Below are positions 24,208 through 38,056 of a DNA stretch of 64,000 nucleotides, piece by piece. Position 1 is the stretch's first letter, and each line of letters begins with the position of its first letter. Under the pieces are notes generated by a model that was given only the letters and a program-made list of their open reading frames with translations, searched no databases and was not told where the DNA came from. A program made the position numbers and the translations under genes. Source of the DNA: Octopus sinensis (taxonomy: Eukaryota); NCBI RefSeq assembly GCF_006345805.1, contig NC_042999.1, positions 40,610,001-40,674,000 of the forward strand, read 5' to 3'.

Positions 24208-25240
24208 ATATTTAATATATAGTAGACATGCCCTTTGCATTTTTCAATGCAAAGGGCATGTCTACTAAATATTAAATTATTTAGTCATCTCATCAGTAAC
24301 ATGCCTAATAAGCATGTTACTGATGAGATGACGAATATTCTCTTGCGCAATTTCTTGCCAAGTTTCATGCAGTAATATCAAAAGATCTGGCATTGAAGAT
24401 GCGTTCTCCTTTTTATAAAGTGTCCTGTCTATTATGTCCCAGAGGTGTTCAATAGGGTTTACATCTGGTGACTGGCTTGGTCATGGAAGCTTTTTAATGT
24501 CATTCTCATCCAAAAAATTTTGGATCATTCTGGCCATGGGACTAGGAGACCCATCTTCCATAAATAAAGAGTCTTCTTTAATCATTTCACCACTGGAGAA
24601 GATTGGAAGGCGTCCTTTCTGCAATATGGACACATATCTATCTGAGTTTGTGTCTCCCTCACACTCCACCAGCTCTGATCAACCGTTGCTCCAAACTGCC
24701 CCCTAGAACATCACAGAATAGCTACCGTATTTCATTGCTGGCCGGAATCTTTTCACCTCTAATTCTTAATCACAGTGTCAGAAAATACAGCAAATTTGGA
24801 CTCATCAGGGAATATGATAGTGTCCCAAAATACTAGTAGTCGCTCCACCATCTCACTGGGCCAATCTTTTCTCCGCTTGATGTGGGCTGGTCGAAGAAGT
24901 GGCTTCCTTCTTGCTGCTCTGTCATAGTAACCAAGTTTGTGGAGATACTTGACAGCTGTTCCGGGATTGGCATCATCTTGTTCTGCTGTTAGAATCCTTG
25001 CAATGACGATTATCTTCCACACTTCTTTTAGCAAAATGAAGTGTCGGGACAGAGGGCCCTACTGGATCTGGTCGAGGCGACGTGGACTCCTTCTCTTTTC
25101 TGGTGAATTTCACAATCACTCTATTATCTGTAGAAAGCGGGATCCCAAGGTTTTCTGCGATTTTACTCTATGTCCACCTTCAGAATGAGCCACGATACGG
25201 CCTCTTTGAAATTCAGACAATTCTAAGGCTTCTTTTGTAC
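24208..25240 (-). mobile_element. Tc1 (DD34E) transposase relic
   Basis: ELSEFQRGRIV HTH start, ARRKPLL, FPDESKF, FMEDGSP...SPDVNPIEHLW with 34 residues between D and E; contains stops. Confidence 0.87.
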
Positions 25241-26519
25241 ATGGAATGATTAAACAGTCACATATAGAACCTGAAACATGTAAATGTCAATTAATAATAT
25301 ATATAAACCTTTAGAAGCTAGAATACACATAAAACTATGATTTATGGGGAGTCTATTTACTTCTGTCGTGTCTGTGTGTGTGTGTGTGTGTGTATGGGTG
25401 AAGAGAGTGAGAGAGATAAATAGATAAATACATGTATATAAATATATATATATATGTATTATACATATACATATATTCACACATGCATTTATACATACAT
25501 GCCAACGCACACGCAAGCACACACACATACACATACACACGCAAGCACACACACACATTTGCATTGACTCAAATGCATTCGCAGTTAAACATGTCATGAA
25601 ATCTAATCCTTATTAACTGTCAGTAAGGATTCCTCTTTTCACAAACCTACCAGCCCACACTCATTCGTCATCACAGCATCATTTTGTTTATACATATATA
25701 TAAAAAGCATTCATTCCACAGCAAAACATCGATATAATTATACATACAAATATCATTATTATACGCAAACAACTGCTAGACCTGGACATTGTACAGTCAC
25801 CGCAATCTTAAATAACCTTCTGACAGAGCTGGACAGCGAAATATTATAAACTTGCTCCTCCCCACTAGATATGTATCACTCAAAGTCTTCGCTAAATAAA
25901 AACCAGATCACAGCTGAAGTTCCTTTGGGATATTGTCCGAATAGAAGCCTTAATATAATGAATGCTATAACGGGTTTAGAATTACGTGCAACATTAAAAT
26001 GCTTTCATCAAAAGATAGGGTTTCATATTCAACCTGAATTGGTTTCATATTTGTCTTTTCTTTTTATATTATCTTTTATTGTTTGTTTTCACATGTTTCT
26101 ATTATTTGTTTGTTTATTCATTTATTCATTTTTATTTTTGTTTTTTTTCTCCCTTGCAAATCAAGTGTCACATTTGACATTTCCGTTGTTGTGAGTGCGT
26201 ACAGCGTGTGTTGAGTGTGCGTATGTATGTAAGCATCAGAGCGTGTATATGTGTAAACGTGTGGTGCATGTATGACTATATGCTCCAGTATGTGCATTTA
26301 TGTATACGCTTGTGTTGCGTTCGTGTGTATGTTTAATTGCATTTATTATTAGTTTTAGTATGTTTCTTTTTTTTTTTTTCAATTTTCTTTCTTGTTACAT
26401 TTTGATTTCTCGATTCTAGTATATTCCATTATCAAGTGTTCCTTCCGAATCCACTGATATAGTTACTACTGAAATTAAAGTTGACTTCGTCTTCCCTGGC
26501 ATCATCATCACCGCCGTAA

Positions 26520-27370
26520 TTTGGTCGTCATCGTTGCCGTCGTCGTCGCTGTCATCGTCGTCGTCGTCGTTTTCATCGTCGTCGTCATCATCATCATAGT
26601 CGCCGTCGTCGTCGTCGTCATCATCATCATCATCATCATCCTCATCATCATCATCGTTGTCGTCATCATCATCATCATTATCATCATCATCATCGTCGTC
26701 GTCGTCGTCGTCGTCGTCATCATCATCATCATCATCATCCTCATCATCATCATCGTCGTCGTCGTCGTCATCATCATCATCATTATCATCATCATCATCG
26801 TCGTCGTCGTCGTCGTCGTCATCATCATCATCATCGTCATCATCATCATTATCATCATCATCGTCATCATCGTCGTCGTCGTCGTCATCATCATCATTAT
26901 CATCATCATCGTCATCATCATCATTATCATCATCATCATCATCGTCGTCGTCGTCGTCATCATCATCATCATAGTCGTCGTCGTCATCATCATCATCATC
27001 GTCATCATCATCATCATCGTCATCATCATCATCATCGTCGTCGTCATCATCATCATCATCATTATCATAATCCTCATCATCATCATCATCGTCGTCGTCG
27101 TCGTCATCATCATCATCGTCATCATCGTCGTCGTCGTCGTCATCATCATCATTATCATCATCATCGTCATCATCATCATCGTCGTCGTCGTCGTCGTCAT
27201 CATCATAATCGTCATCATCATCATCATAATCATCATCATCGTCGTCGTCGTCGTCCTCATCATCATCATCAGCATCGTCGTCGTCGTCGTCCTCATCATC
27301 ATCATCAGCATCATCATCATCATCATTATCATCATCATCATCATCATCACCATCATCATCATCATCTTCC
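26520..27370. repeat. ~850-bp compound (GAT/GAC)n microsatellite
   Basis: Direct reading; produces poly-D, poly-M/T, poly-S and poly-I/V ORFs in the track. Confidence 0.93.
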
Positions 27371-29770
27371 ATCTCCTTATTCTCCTACCCATCCTTGTCT
27401 TTCTCTCCTCTTCTTCATTATCCTCCTTATCCTCATTTTCCTCTTACTCCTCTCTATCATCATCATCCTTATCGTTCTCCTACTACTCCTACTCCTTATT
27501 CTCCTCAGCCTTATGCTCCTACTTTTCCTCCTCATCCTCCGCCTTATCCTTAACCTCCATTTTATCCTTATTCTTTTCTTCCTCTTTGTCCTTCTCTCCT
27601 CTTCCTCCTTCTCCTCCTCTGCATCATCCCCATCATCATCATCATATTATAGTTTGTCTACTGACACGAGCCATTTTATGACATTGACGTCTCAACTGTA
27701 TTTACGCAGTAAAAAAAAAGTTAACTTGAAATAATCAGTGAGATATAAAATAATTCCCAAGAACTTTTTGTTGATTTGTTTTCCTTTTCAGGGCTGTAAA
27801 TTCATTTTTAGTGAGCCATGTATGTATATATGTATATACATACATACATACATACACACACACACAAACATACATACATGCAGACAGACAGACAGACAGA
27901 CAAATAGACTATCAGACAGACAGACAGATAGACTGACAGACATATATACATATAACAGAAAGTTCGGTTCCAAAATCCGAGGGCGTGACTACTCCAACAA
28001 TGTGTATATGTGTATATGGGTGGAGCTTTGCGTCTGTGTTTGTACCCCACCAGTGCTTGAAATCGCTATTAACATGTTTATATGTCTCCGTAAATTAGCG
28101 GTTCGGCAAAGGAGATTGAGGTCTTATTTACTAGGCTTTAAAACAAAATAATTAATGGAAGAAGAAGTGGGGGCGATTTGTTTGGCTAAGATTCTTTACG
28201 GCAGTGCTCCAAAATGACCGCAGTCTAATGGCTAAACGAAAATAATCGAAGCGATTTTAATAGTATTTGTGTATTTTTTTAGATGGCTAAAATGACCCTT
28301 AAACAACACAAATATTTTAGTGTCGACTCAGCATCGCAGATCAAACCACTATCTAGCCAAATACAACAAAAGTAAATCATTTATATATGCGCTAATGCTG
28401 TCGACTCTTCTCCTGTTGTTACTACTCCGGATTTTGTATTTCAAATAGCATTAATTTCAAGAAAACGAGTAGGATTATTGTAAATCTGTCTGACTTCTAT
28501 CCACTAAGTATTACTATTGGAAAAAATTCTTTTGTTTTTTAGCTCTCTTTTTTTAGCATTTCTTTTGTCTACCAAGTTTTCTCACAAAATTCTTGCGGTT
28601 GGTGACATGAAGAAAAGAAGGAAGTACAACGATCTTCATGATGATGATGATAAAGATGATGACGATGACGATGATGACGACCTGAATAACGATGAATTGA
28701 ATGATCATGATGAGGATGATGGTTAATGATAGACGTAGAAGTAATGGTAGTAATGCTGATTGATGGTGATTGTGATCGGTGATGGTGGAGCAGGTGATTG
28801 TGGTGGTGATTGTTGTAGTTTTATTAAGCTCCCAAATCAACCTTGAACCATCAGCCCTGCGATGGTATTTTGACTGTGACTTGCATTAATGTTTTATTCT
28901 CTCTTCTTTTTTATGGCTGCACCTGTGGAAATTTTAAAATCTAATGAATGTTTTAAAATTTGGTGTATTGATGTGATTTTGTACTCTGAATTTCAGCAGA
29001 TAGTTCTCACCTTTTTCAGAAAAATGATTTTAAAAATTACAGATTTAAATTTTCATAATTTTTACACAGTCAAAAAAAAAAAAAAAAGGATTTGGAAGTT
29101 GTCATTTTGTGCGTCACTGCACGTGCTATCAACTGTTAACAAATGAAATATTGGCGGAATTCTGCTTTACGCGCGCCATAACTGGTTTTTTACGAATTTT
29201 TATTCTACACTCAGGAATTCATACGATTATGCAAACACAAATTTCGTGCGTGATTTAAGGCCTATTTGGCTATTATTTTTATCACATTTCACGACCACCT
29301 TTTACTAAGCCAAAAATCAATGCGTGAGTAAGCAGCTTGGGGTTACAGCTTGGCTAGTTACAGCTTGGCTTGTTACTATGGAAACAGAAACTTATATGTT
29401 CTTGGCTTTCTATTGGCTACAATTACCCAAAATTTGCCAACTTTAAAAGCTATTAACTATTTATTGACTTCTGGCGAAAATAAATTTCATGACAATGATT
29501 ACTTTAGAAAACTATACCAATACACCAAGAATGAAAATCAATGGGAACAAAAATTCAAGGAATTGGAAAGTGTCTGCCAAACAGAAAAGATCCGGTCTTT
29601 TTCTTTTATTTTTTTGAGGGAGATATGGCTGATATTTTTAGTAGATTGAACGACACTCACCACGCGAACAATCAGAGCAACAGTCGCTAACGCAATCACT
29701 TCCGCCAACTCCACCGTAGTCTTACGTAAGCTAAATGTCCCTCTGTCGATTGGTTATGATGATAGTCACC

Positions 29771-30387
29771 CTGGAGTTTCTCAACCATTTTATTTTTTCA
29801 CCTATGGACCACTTTGATTCCTTATTTAATTAGTTTGGAACTTTCTAGCCATTCGATGTTGTAAAAAATCATATCATACGTTTATAATTAAATGTTAATA
29901 GGAATATGTGAAGGCGCATGGCTCAGTGGTTAGAGCGTGGAGCTTACGATCGTGAGGTTGTGAGCTCGAATTCCGGACCGGGCTGCGTGTTATGTTCTTG
30001 AGCAAGACACTTTATTTCACGTTGCTCCAGTTCACTCAGCTGTAGAAAAGTGTTGCGACGTCACAGGTGCCAAGCTGTATCAGCCTTTCCTTTGGATAAC
30101 ACTGGTGGCGTGGAGAGGGGAGGCCGGTATGCATGGGCGACTGCTGGTCTTCTATAAACAACCTTGCCCGGACTTGTGCCTGGAAGGGTAACTTTCTAGG
30201 TGTAATCCAATGGTCTGCGTCGTGACCGAAGTGGGGTCTCAGAATATTAGGAATGATATTTTTTTTTAAATTGTTATAATGTTTTGTGTATTGTAGAAGT
30301 ACAACCATTTTGTTGCCGATAAATTTTAGCAACAATATTAAATATGGACCCCCAAAAGTCCATGTGGACCCCCGGTTAAGAAACCAT
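29771..30387. mobile_element. hAT-like MITE with a nested SINE
   Basis: Ends CTGGAGTTTCTCAACC and GGTTAAGAAACCA are imperfect inverted repeats; GGACCCC subterminal motifs. Confidence 0.5.
29913..30240 (+). mobile_element. tRNA-derived SINE with CORE-like domain (family 3)
   Basis: A box TGGCTCAGTGG, B-box-like GCTCGAATTCC, then CTTGAGCAAGACACTTTATTTCACGTTGCTCCAG. Confidence 0.75.
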
Positions 30388-30726
30388 ATACACCATTAGT
30401 AAATTGGCATGAAGCGTGCCCCTCCGCAAAACAGTGTTCTGCTCGAAAGCTCCTCCCTTCTTATTCATAAGTCTGCTCTATTAGATTTCATCGTAGAATA
30501 TATAATTATTTGCCGTTTAGCTATTAGTAAAACCTCTTGATCTACTTAAGCTATTATCAACCCCATATACCCATCACCTCCTTTGTTCCCATTGTATCTT
30601 GTACAGCCATTTATTATTTTCGTGAATCATAAATACCAGTCACCACCTGTGATCTCAATCTAGTCTCAACAAACACTAATCTCTAAGAAATCGTGTTCAG
30701 CTTTGACCTCACATATGTACACAGGT

Positions 30727-30757
<31 letters not shown>

Positions 30758-33108
30758 ACTTTTTTTCTATCCAACTGTGGTCTTCTTTCTGACTTTCTTT
30801 AGAACTTGTTTCCGTTGGTTTACTACCTTATTTATTTATTTATTTGATGTTTATTTCTTAATCTTATCTGCTTTGTTTATATGTGTGTAACATGAGTCGG
30901 TCACCTGAAACGGTACGCAGGGAGGATATGGAGATACGCTGGCCATGGCTGCTGGTTGCCCTCGTTGGTTTTGTAGTGTTTTTATTGGCACTTGAAGCAC
31001 ATTAAATCTAAGTAAATAATTACATACATAGATATATACATACACACACACACACTCACACACACACACTCACACACACACACATATATATATACATACA
31101 CAGAAACATACACAAACGAACGTGTGTATGTGTGCATGTGCATTTATATATGTATATGTGTGTGCATATGAATGTGTGCATATACCTATGTACATGCGCG
31201 CACATATATATATAAGTACACACACACATATATATAAGCACTCACACACATACATATATATATATACACACACATATGTATATATAAGCACACACATGCG
31301 GACACATACACACATACATATGCATGCTTTTCTATTTTAGAATATGCTACATCATTAACATACGACTAAGAAAACTACACAACACATTCTAAACTCTACA
31401 CGGTTACTTGGTTTATTTGAAGTATATAACAAAAACACTTTCCACAGAAGCATGCTTAATTGTTAAATAAAATATTTCCTTCCGAAATTACCTACTTTAA
31501 GACTTTAAACTAACGGATCCATTAATTTGGCACAAGAACGCAACTTTCTTTGTACTTTTACTGTTAATATTTCATAAACATTTTGTAGGGATAATCTTAG
31601 AACCTTAGAGGAGGTAAGTGAAGACCGCAATAGCTACAGATTATTTGATTTGTGAACACCATTAATTTGGAACATATTTGAAATATAATTCAAATCGCTT
31701 TCAATTTCAAGTTTATTATCTCTAGTTTATAGCTGAGCTGAATCAATTTGCTGATGTATCTAATTCTCCACACTATATTTCTCCGGCATTTCATATTTTT
31801 CTAAAATCAGAATTATATTTTCCCTATTCGCATATAGTAAAATATAGTGTTATAAAGAGGTATACTGTGGATATTTCATCCTAGAATATGACTGTTACTC
31901 ATTTTATAGACCTTGCAATGGCTTTTGTAAAAGAAAAATTACAATGGTAGGCTGCTTTTTGCGGTTATAAGTTTCAGAGTGATGGTTTGATAAGAAGCAT
32001 AAATAAAACAGAGAAGTGAAGATGAATTGAGTTTCAGGAAAGGTCTTCAGTAGCTTGTTCACTCCAGAAAAAAAGACATAACTTGTTAAAGCAGTAGTCA
32101 AGGCAGAGAGAAAAATGCTGTACCATTGCATTATTTGTTTTAGCATGTTCCTAAATGATACTTGATTTATCGATCCCGAAAGCAAGCAAGATATTCTTCA
32201 GTCAGATGTTCTTCTGATTCTTCCATTTCCTCATCCCTTGCCCAGTTACCAAAATATAATGTCCTAGAATGTTACAGAGACATATCTTAACTTAAGCAAA
32301 CTAGAGACTATATGACAGCATATTGTGTTTGCTGTTGTTATTGATATTGTGGTTGGTGGTTGGCTCTAGGTTAGCTTAATCAGGCGAAACTTTGACAAAG
32401 GATATTCCAGCCGTGATTATTTAACCTTTCGTTCGTTTTTTTTTTTCGGATATTGTGAATATAGGATTACTTAATCAAATATATTTTAGATAACGCAATC
32501 AAAAGGCAACAAGACCTCCCATTCTTTTAAGTCTGTAAGCTACAGAATGAGGGACATTTGGCTGCTAGTTCTGTGCAGTGGAGCGAGCGATACAAGGTGC
32601 CTCATTGGCTAGTTGCTCGCTAAACCCCAAATTTGATTCCATTCGGCACACCTGTAGTACAAGATGTGACTGTTGCATACAGTTATATACAGGAACTCAT
32701 TATCCATCCAATGTGTTCTACAATTTTTAAGGCAACTGTATGTGATCTAAGACATACTTAGTTGCTATTTCTAGGAGGACAATTCTCTTACTGAAATATC
32801 AACTTATGACTCACTGAAATCAAACTATTAAGAGAGTCATAAGGTACGTTTTTTTATCCATATTCATTATGCCGCATGTTACCTTTATACCTATACGTTT
32901 CTGTATATTGATTTCGAACATAGGTGAAAGAAATACATTTTAAGAGAGGAATAATCAGTTTTACCGACGTCAGTAAATAATTGGCTCTTTCTTTGAATAA
33001 CCAACGTAGTCAACCGGGAGTACGAAATAGAAAAACAATCTTGATTGGATTAGAAGTCAGAACACACGTAGTTTTAAAGTACGTATGTATGTATGCAAGT
33101 TTATATGC

Positions 33109-33233
<125 letters not shown>

Positions 33234-33334
33234 GTTAATCCAAACATGAAAACACAAAGAGAAAACACAACAACGCGAGGACGTGGAACAAATATAGTAT
33301 TATTGGACGCTCAGGAAGGAAGGGAAGAAGGATG

Positions 33335-33369
33335 GTTTAACGTTTCGAGTGGAGCGCTTCGTCAGAAAC
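33335..33369 (-). ncRNA. Degraded minimal hammerhead motif in a (TA)n-flanked repeat (about 33232-33500)
   Basis: Minus strand gttt-CTGACGA-agcgctccactc-GAAA-cgtt-aaac; stem II is mismatched. Confidence 0.4.
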
Positions 33370-33493
33370 ATAGGAAAAGGAAAGATCCAGAGAAGAGAAG
33401 ACGGAGGGAAAAAAATCGCCAACGGTGCACACATATGCGTGCATGCACGTGACCTGGAAAGCCTTCCTGATTTCATTCGCGAAGCCAAGCCAT

Positions 33494-33539
<46 letters not shown>

Positions 33540-33699
33540 TATATATATATATCAATCTCTGTTGCCTGAGCATGGGTCATGCAGATTATAAGTTTATTAA
33601 AAACATTAAAGCAGAAAATCTTTGAAATGTTTTACAAGTTCTCAGTGTTCCACTATGTCTTTGGATTTGGATGATGCTAGTCAGTTTGCTTCGTCCTTT

Positions 33700-33730
<31 letters not shown>

Positions 33731-33732
33731 AA

Positions 33733-34160
33733 GGCGCAGGAATCACTGTGTGGTAATTAACTTGCTTACCAATCACATGGATCCGGCTTCAGTCCCACTG
33801 CATGGTACCTTGAGAAAGTGTCTTCTATAGCCTCGGGCCGACCAATGCCTTGTGAGTGGATTTGGTAGGCGTAAACTGAAAGAAATCCGTCATATATGTG
33901 TGTGTGTGTTTGTGTATGTGTGTGTGTGTGTGTGTGTGTGTATGTTTATGCTTGTGTGTCTGTGTTTTTCCTCTCAACATCGCTTGACAACCGATGCTGG
34001 TGTGTTTACATCCCCGTCACTCAGCAGTTCGGTAAGAGAGACCGATAGAATAAGTACTAAGCTTACAAAGAATAAGTCCTGGATTCGATTCGCTCGGCTA
34101 AAGGTTGTGCTCCAGCATGGCCGCAGTTAAATGACTGAAACAAATAAAAGAATAAAAGAA
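33733..34160 (+). mobile_element. SINE family 1, full length
   Basis: tRNA-like head, internal (TA)/(TG)n, tail AAATAAAAGAATAAAAG. Confidence 0.85.
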
Positions 34161-34859
34161 TATATATATACATATATAGGTGCGGGTTTTATTCAGTTGT
34201 GTATATATGTAGGTATGTATGTATATATGTATGCATGTATGAATATATATGAATATATATATGTGTGTTTGTGTATGGAATTATAATTCAGTTAGCCAAC
34301 ATATACTGCATCACTGCTGAAAATTTTCTTAACTATATTTTCTTTTTATTTATTTGAAATTAATTTTATTTTGCTTTTCTTGATTTAAAAAAAAAATAGA
34401 GAGCAATGTGAAAGAAAGGAAAGAAAATGCGAAAAAGAAAAAGAGAGAGAAAAATAATTCTAAATGTTAATATTTAAGAAGAAAAACAAAAACCATAATC
34501 CATTTTTATTCAAAGATAATACGGTTTTCTTACAATTTTTGGTTTAGTTTTAGCTCTGTAAATCTATAAGAGTATAAGACGTATAAATGATCAACAAGCG
34601 ATTACTAGTGGACACGTCAACAACGACTAGGTTATGTCTAGACAGTTCTTTATTGAATAAGTAGGATTATCGCTTTAAAAAAAATAATTTACGTATATAA
34701 CCTATTCGTTTTTACTTTAGTTTGGTTTTATTATGATTTGCATTTTTTTTTTGTTTTTTGTTTTTCAAATATAATTTTTGATTTCATGTTTTGTGACAAG
34801 AGTTATGCTTTATAAGTTGTGGCAATAACCCAGTGTCTTCCACATGACTCGAAACTGGC

Positions 34860-34894
<35 letters not shown>

Positions 34895-35349
34895 GGTCGT
34901 GAGATTACCTTTATAAGAATCGCAATTCTTAATTTTTTTATCAAAAAATCTGAAATTCACACACACACACACACATTAAAACCCTAACCCTAGCCCTAAG
35001 TAGAAAAATTATATATTTTCTTCAAGCTAAAACCAGTACAAACGCAGGAACGATATCATAAATAACAGAGACAAACGAAATATACACTGCCGATAGTTGT
35101 TGACAAACAGCAGCAGTAATTTTATTTATCTGAATACACGTCATTGATTGGTTGAAATTGTCGAAATGCAACAACTTTAACACGAAATAACTTCGAAAAT
35201 AGAAACTTTTGTCAACAACGCTAAGAGTAAAAGATATTCAATATGACACATTCTACCAGTATACGAAGTTTCAAAGTGTTTAGTTAGAGAAAATTAATTA
35301 ATCGAGTTGCCCATCAAAAGGAAAAGATCCTTCCGTTGTTCGCTTTTCT

Positions 35350-37170
35350 TAATGTCCCCTTGAACGGAGGAAATCAATTATTGCAGAGAACGTAGGATGT
35401 CCACATTTACCCACTTCCAGCCATTTTGTGTAGCTCTTCACTTCTACATGAATATAGATCCAGTTGTTTCTGCTCTCACTCATTCTAAGCTTATCGGTTC
35501 TAACGCTGCGTATGGAGTTTTTCGGTTCAAAAATTGGTACTACATTCTCTTTTATTTCAATTTTTGATTTTGCTTTCGAACATGCACCAAATTCATCTGA
35601 AAACACGCCTTTCTTTAATTCATCTTGCAATTTGTCCTAGCCATTGTTAGAGCTTCTACTTATACATATTATATTTTTGCAATAGTTGTTACTGGGTAAA
35701 TCCCAGAGATCGAATTTCTCCATCCAATTCGTTACAAATAGGTAATTGGTATTATGGCAGAAAAATTAGCACGCCGAGCGAAATGCTTAAAGGTATTTCG
35801 TCTGCCGTTACGTTCTGAGTTCAAATTCTGCCGAGGTCGACTTTGCCTTTCATCCTTTCGGGGTCAATTAAATAAGTAGCAGTTACGCACTGGGGTCGAT
35901 ATAATTGACTTAATCCGTTCGTCCGTCCTTGTTTGTCCTCTCTGTGTTTAGCCCCTTGTGGGTAGTAAAGAAATAGGTATTATTTAGCACATAAGCCTTT
36001 GCTTTTATCGTTCTACCTCGGTAAGTCACACGGCAGTTGAATAAACCTCTAAACAACAATTTTCTTCCCGAAACACCTCTCACAGCTTTTGAAGTTTTTC
36101 TAAGTAACGGTTTACATAACGCACTCCATGCTTTGTCATTTAATATAGTTATATCGCTCTCAGTATCGAGCTCAGTATCTGACGTTTGTTCCATAGATTT
36201 ATAGATTTTTATGTTTACAAACTTGCTACGTATTTTGTTGTCCTAATGATATTCAGATACACCGTATACATTTTTGTTTTGTTTCCTATATGCACCATTT
36301 TGGGGTTCTTTCCTTATTTTAGTGCGACAATGAGAACTTTGTGGCCTCGGAAACCACACATGACACATTTAAGTTTTTTGAACGAACAGTCATACTGGTC
36401 AAGTATCTAACCGCATCTCACGCACGGATCCATTTAGCACTTTCATATGTTTTTCCTTGACCTTATAGCGTGTAAGTTTGATATATCACGTTCGTGAATT
36501 CTCTCATTTCATGTTTAATATCTATTATCCGTTGGCAGTCTTCTGTTGAAGAGCAATATCTTATCCTTGTTCTAGCTTAGTCAATAAATATCCTTGCGCA
36601 AATTTCCGTATCCTGCTGTGCTGTTAGCCCTTGAACAAATATCAGACACTTTAACCTGTTCGTTGTCAGTTCTTTTAATTTGAACTTTTCACACTCATGA
36701 TTTACTATTCCGGTATATGTTTGAAGTCATCTACATTTTATGCCAAATTTAAACAGGACCATCTCGTGTTGAACAAAGATCATTTTTTATTAAAAATTTT
36801 TGATAGTGTGCTTATTGTATCTTCAAATCGTAATTCTCCAGCTTTCACGTGTAGTATATAATTAATATACTTTTCATGTTCCGTTGGGGCTAATTTTCTT
36901 AGCAACAATCTATTCTGCTAACCTTCTTTCCAGTCTGAACGATCGTTCTTGAATATTTCCTCAAATCGACTATAATAAGCAACAAACGAGACACATTCTT
37001 CTGGATTATATCTAAATTTATCGATGGAGCTTGCCAACGAATCTGGTGTAAATGCATTTGTAGCACTTCCCGTTTTCTTGAGAGGAAACCTGTAACACCT
37101 CGTGTTGCTGTTTCTGTAAATCTATCATGATACTATTTCTTCCATGATATGAAAAAAAAAACAGATGAGT
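35350..37170 (-). mobile_element. Gypsy/Ty3 LTR retrotransposon relic (gag, zinc knuckle, protease, pre-RT region joined to an integrase fragment), interrupted by a SINE
   Basis: FVAYYSRFEEIF...LLLRKL..TEHEKYINYIL...SLFNTRWSCLNL...CLIFVQGL; C..CGFRGHK..HC; LDTESDITIL (DTG-type protease); VFSDEFGACSK; KSYTKWLEV. No LTRs recognised. Confidence 0.8.
35755..35977 (+). mobile_element. SINE family 2 with LINE-like tail
   Basis: GTTCTGAGTTCAAATTC B box, GGTCGACTTTGCCTTTCATCCTTTCGGGGTC domain, tail TCTGTGTTTAGCCCCTTGTGGGTAGTAAAGAAAT. Confidence 0.85.
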
Positions 37171-37347
37171 TTTTTGCTTTCATAAACAAAAAATATACAA
37201 TTCACCATAAAAACGAGTGAGTCTCGAACACTTCTAGTCGTCAACTGTTATATTGTCAGTGACGATATATAATTGTGTGAGCGTAACAATATATCACAAT
37301 ACCAAATATAACCGTATAACAATAAGCAATGTAACAAGAGTTGGTTA

Positions 37348-37692
37348 TCTCTCTATATATAAAACTGAGAATGTGTGTCTCTCTGTCTGTATGTGTGTTT
37401 CCCTAAAACTTGAGAACTACACAACCAATTTCATTCAAACTTTACACATGTCTTACTTAGGGTCCGGGGAGTGTCATCGGCAAAAAAGATTTTGAATTTT
37501 TTGCCTAGGGCGAGCCCACAGCAATATCATATCTTTTCCACTACAATTCCCTAAAACTTGAGAACTACACAACCAATTCCATTCAAATTTTACACATGCC
37601 TTACTTAGGGTCCATGTAGTTTCATGGTCAAAAAAAATTTTCAACTTCTTGCCTAGAGCGAGCCCAAAGCAATATAATATCTTCTCCACTAG
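37348..37692 (+). mobile_element. Non-autonomous Helitron-like 5' part with two 148-bp internal repeats
   Basis: A|TC start followed by TCTCTATATATAAAA; repeat units start at 37399 and 37547. Confidence 0.55.
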
Positions 37693-38056
37693 TTCAGTAT
37701 TACGTGTTAAAAGTGAAACAAAAACGTTTCTCTATTTTATGTCAGATACTTTCACTTTAACAAGAAAAATAATAATAACAATTGAATTATATGTAGTAAT
37801 TAATAATTAAAATCAAACTAAAGTATAATATAATCGTAACATAACAAAAGTAAAAATTGCAATTGGTATAAAATTGCATCAAGGACTTGAACTTGAATAA
37901 GTGGTTTCACATGAATGGGAATAAATTAAAAAATCAAATTAGCGTGCAGAAATGGAATAGTCCAGATGGATAATAAAAAATCAAATTAAAGAAAAGACTA
38001 TTGTCTATAAAGTATACAATGTAGAGAAAAAAGAATATTTGAACACATGGAGGAAA

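Noticed and set aside
24318-24340. CTGATGAG-atga-C-GAAT resembling a hammerhead core
   Set aside because: Antisense of Tc1 coding sequence; lacks GAAA and stems I and III.
31895-32290. Protein-like frames (e.g. WSEQATE; LYFGNWARDEEMEESEE) and a candidate 37-nt exon
   Set aside because: Frequent stops and no motif I can assign with confidence; possibly an ancient transposase.
34978-35000. CCCTAA-like telomeric hexamers
   Set aside because: Only about three imperfect units.
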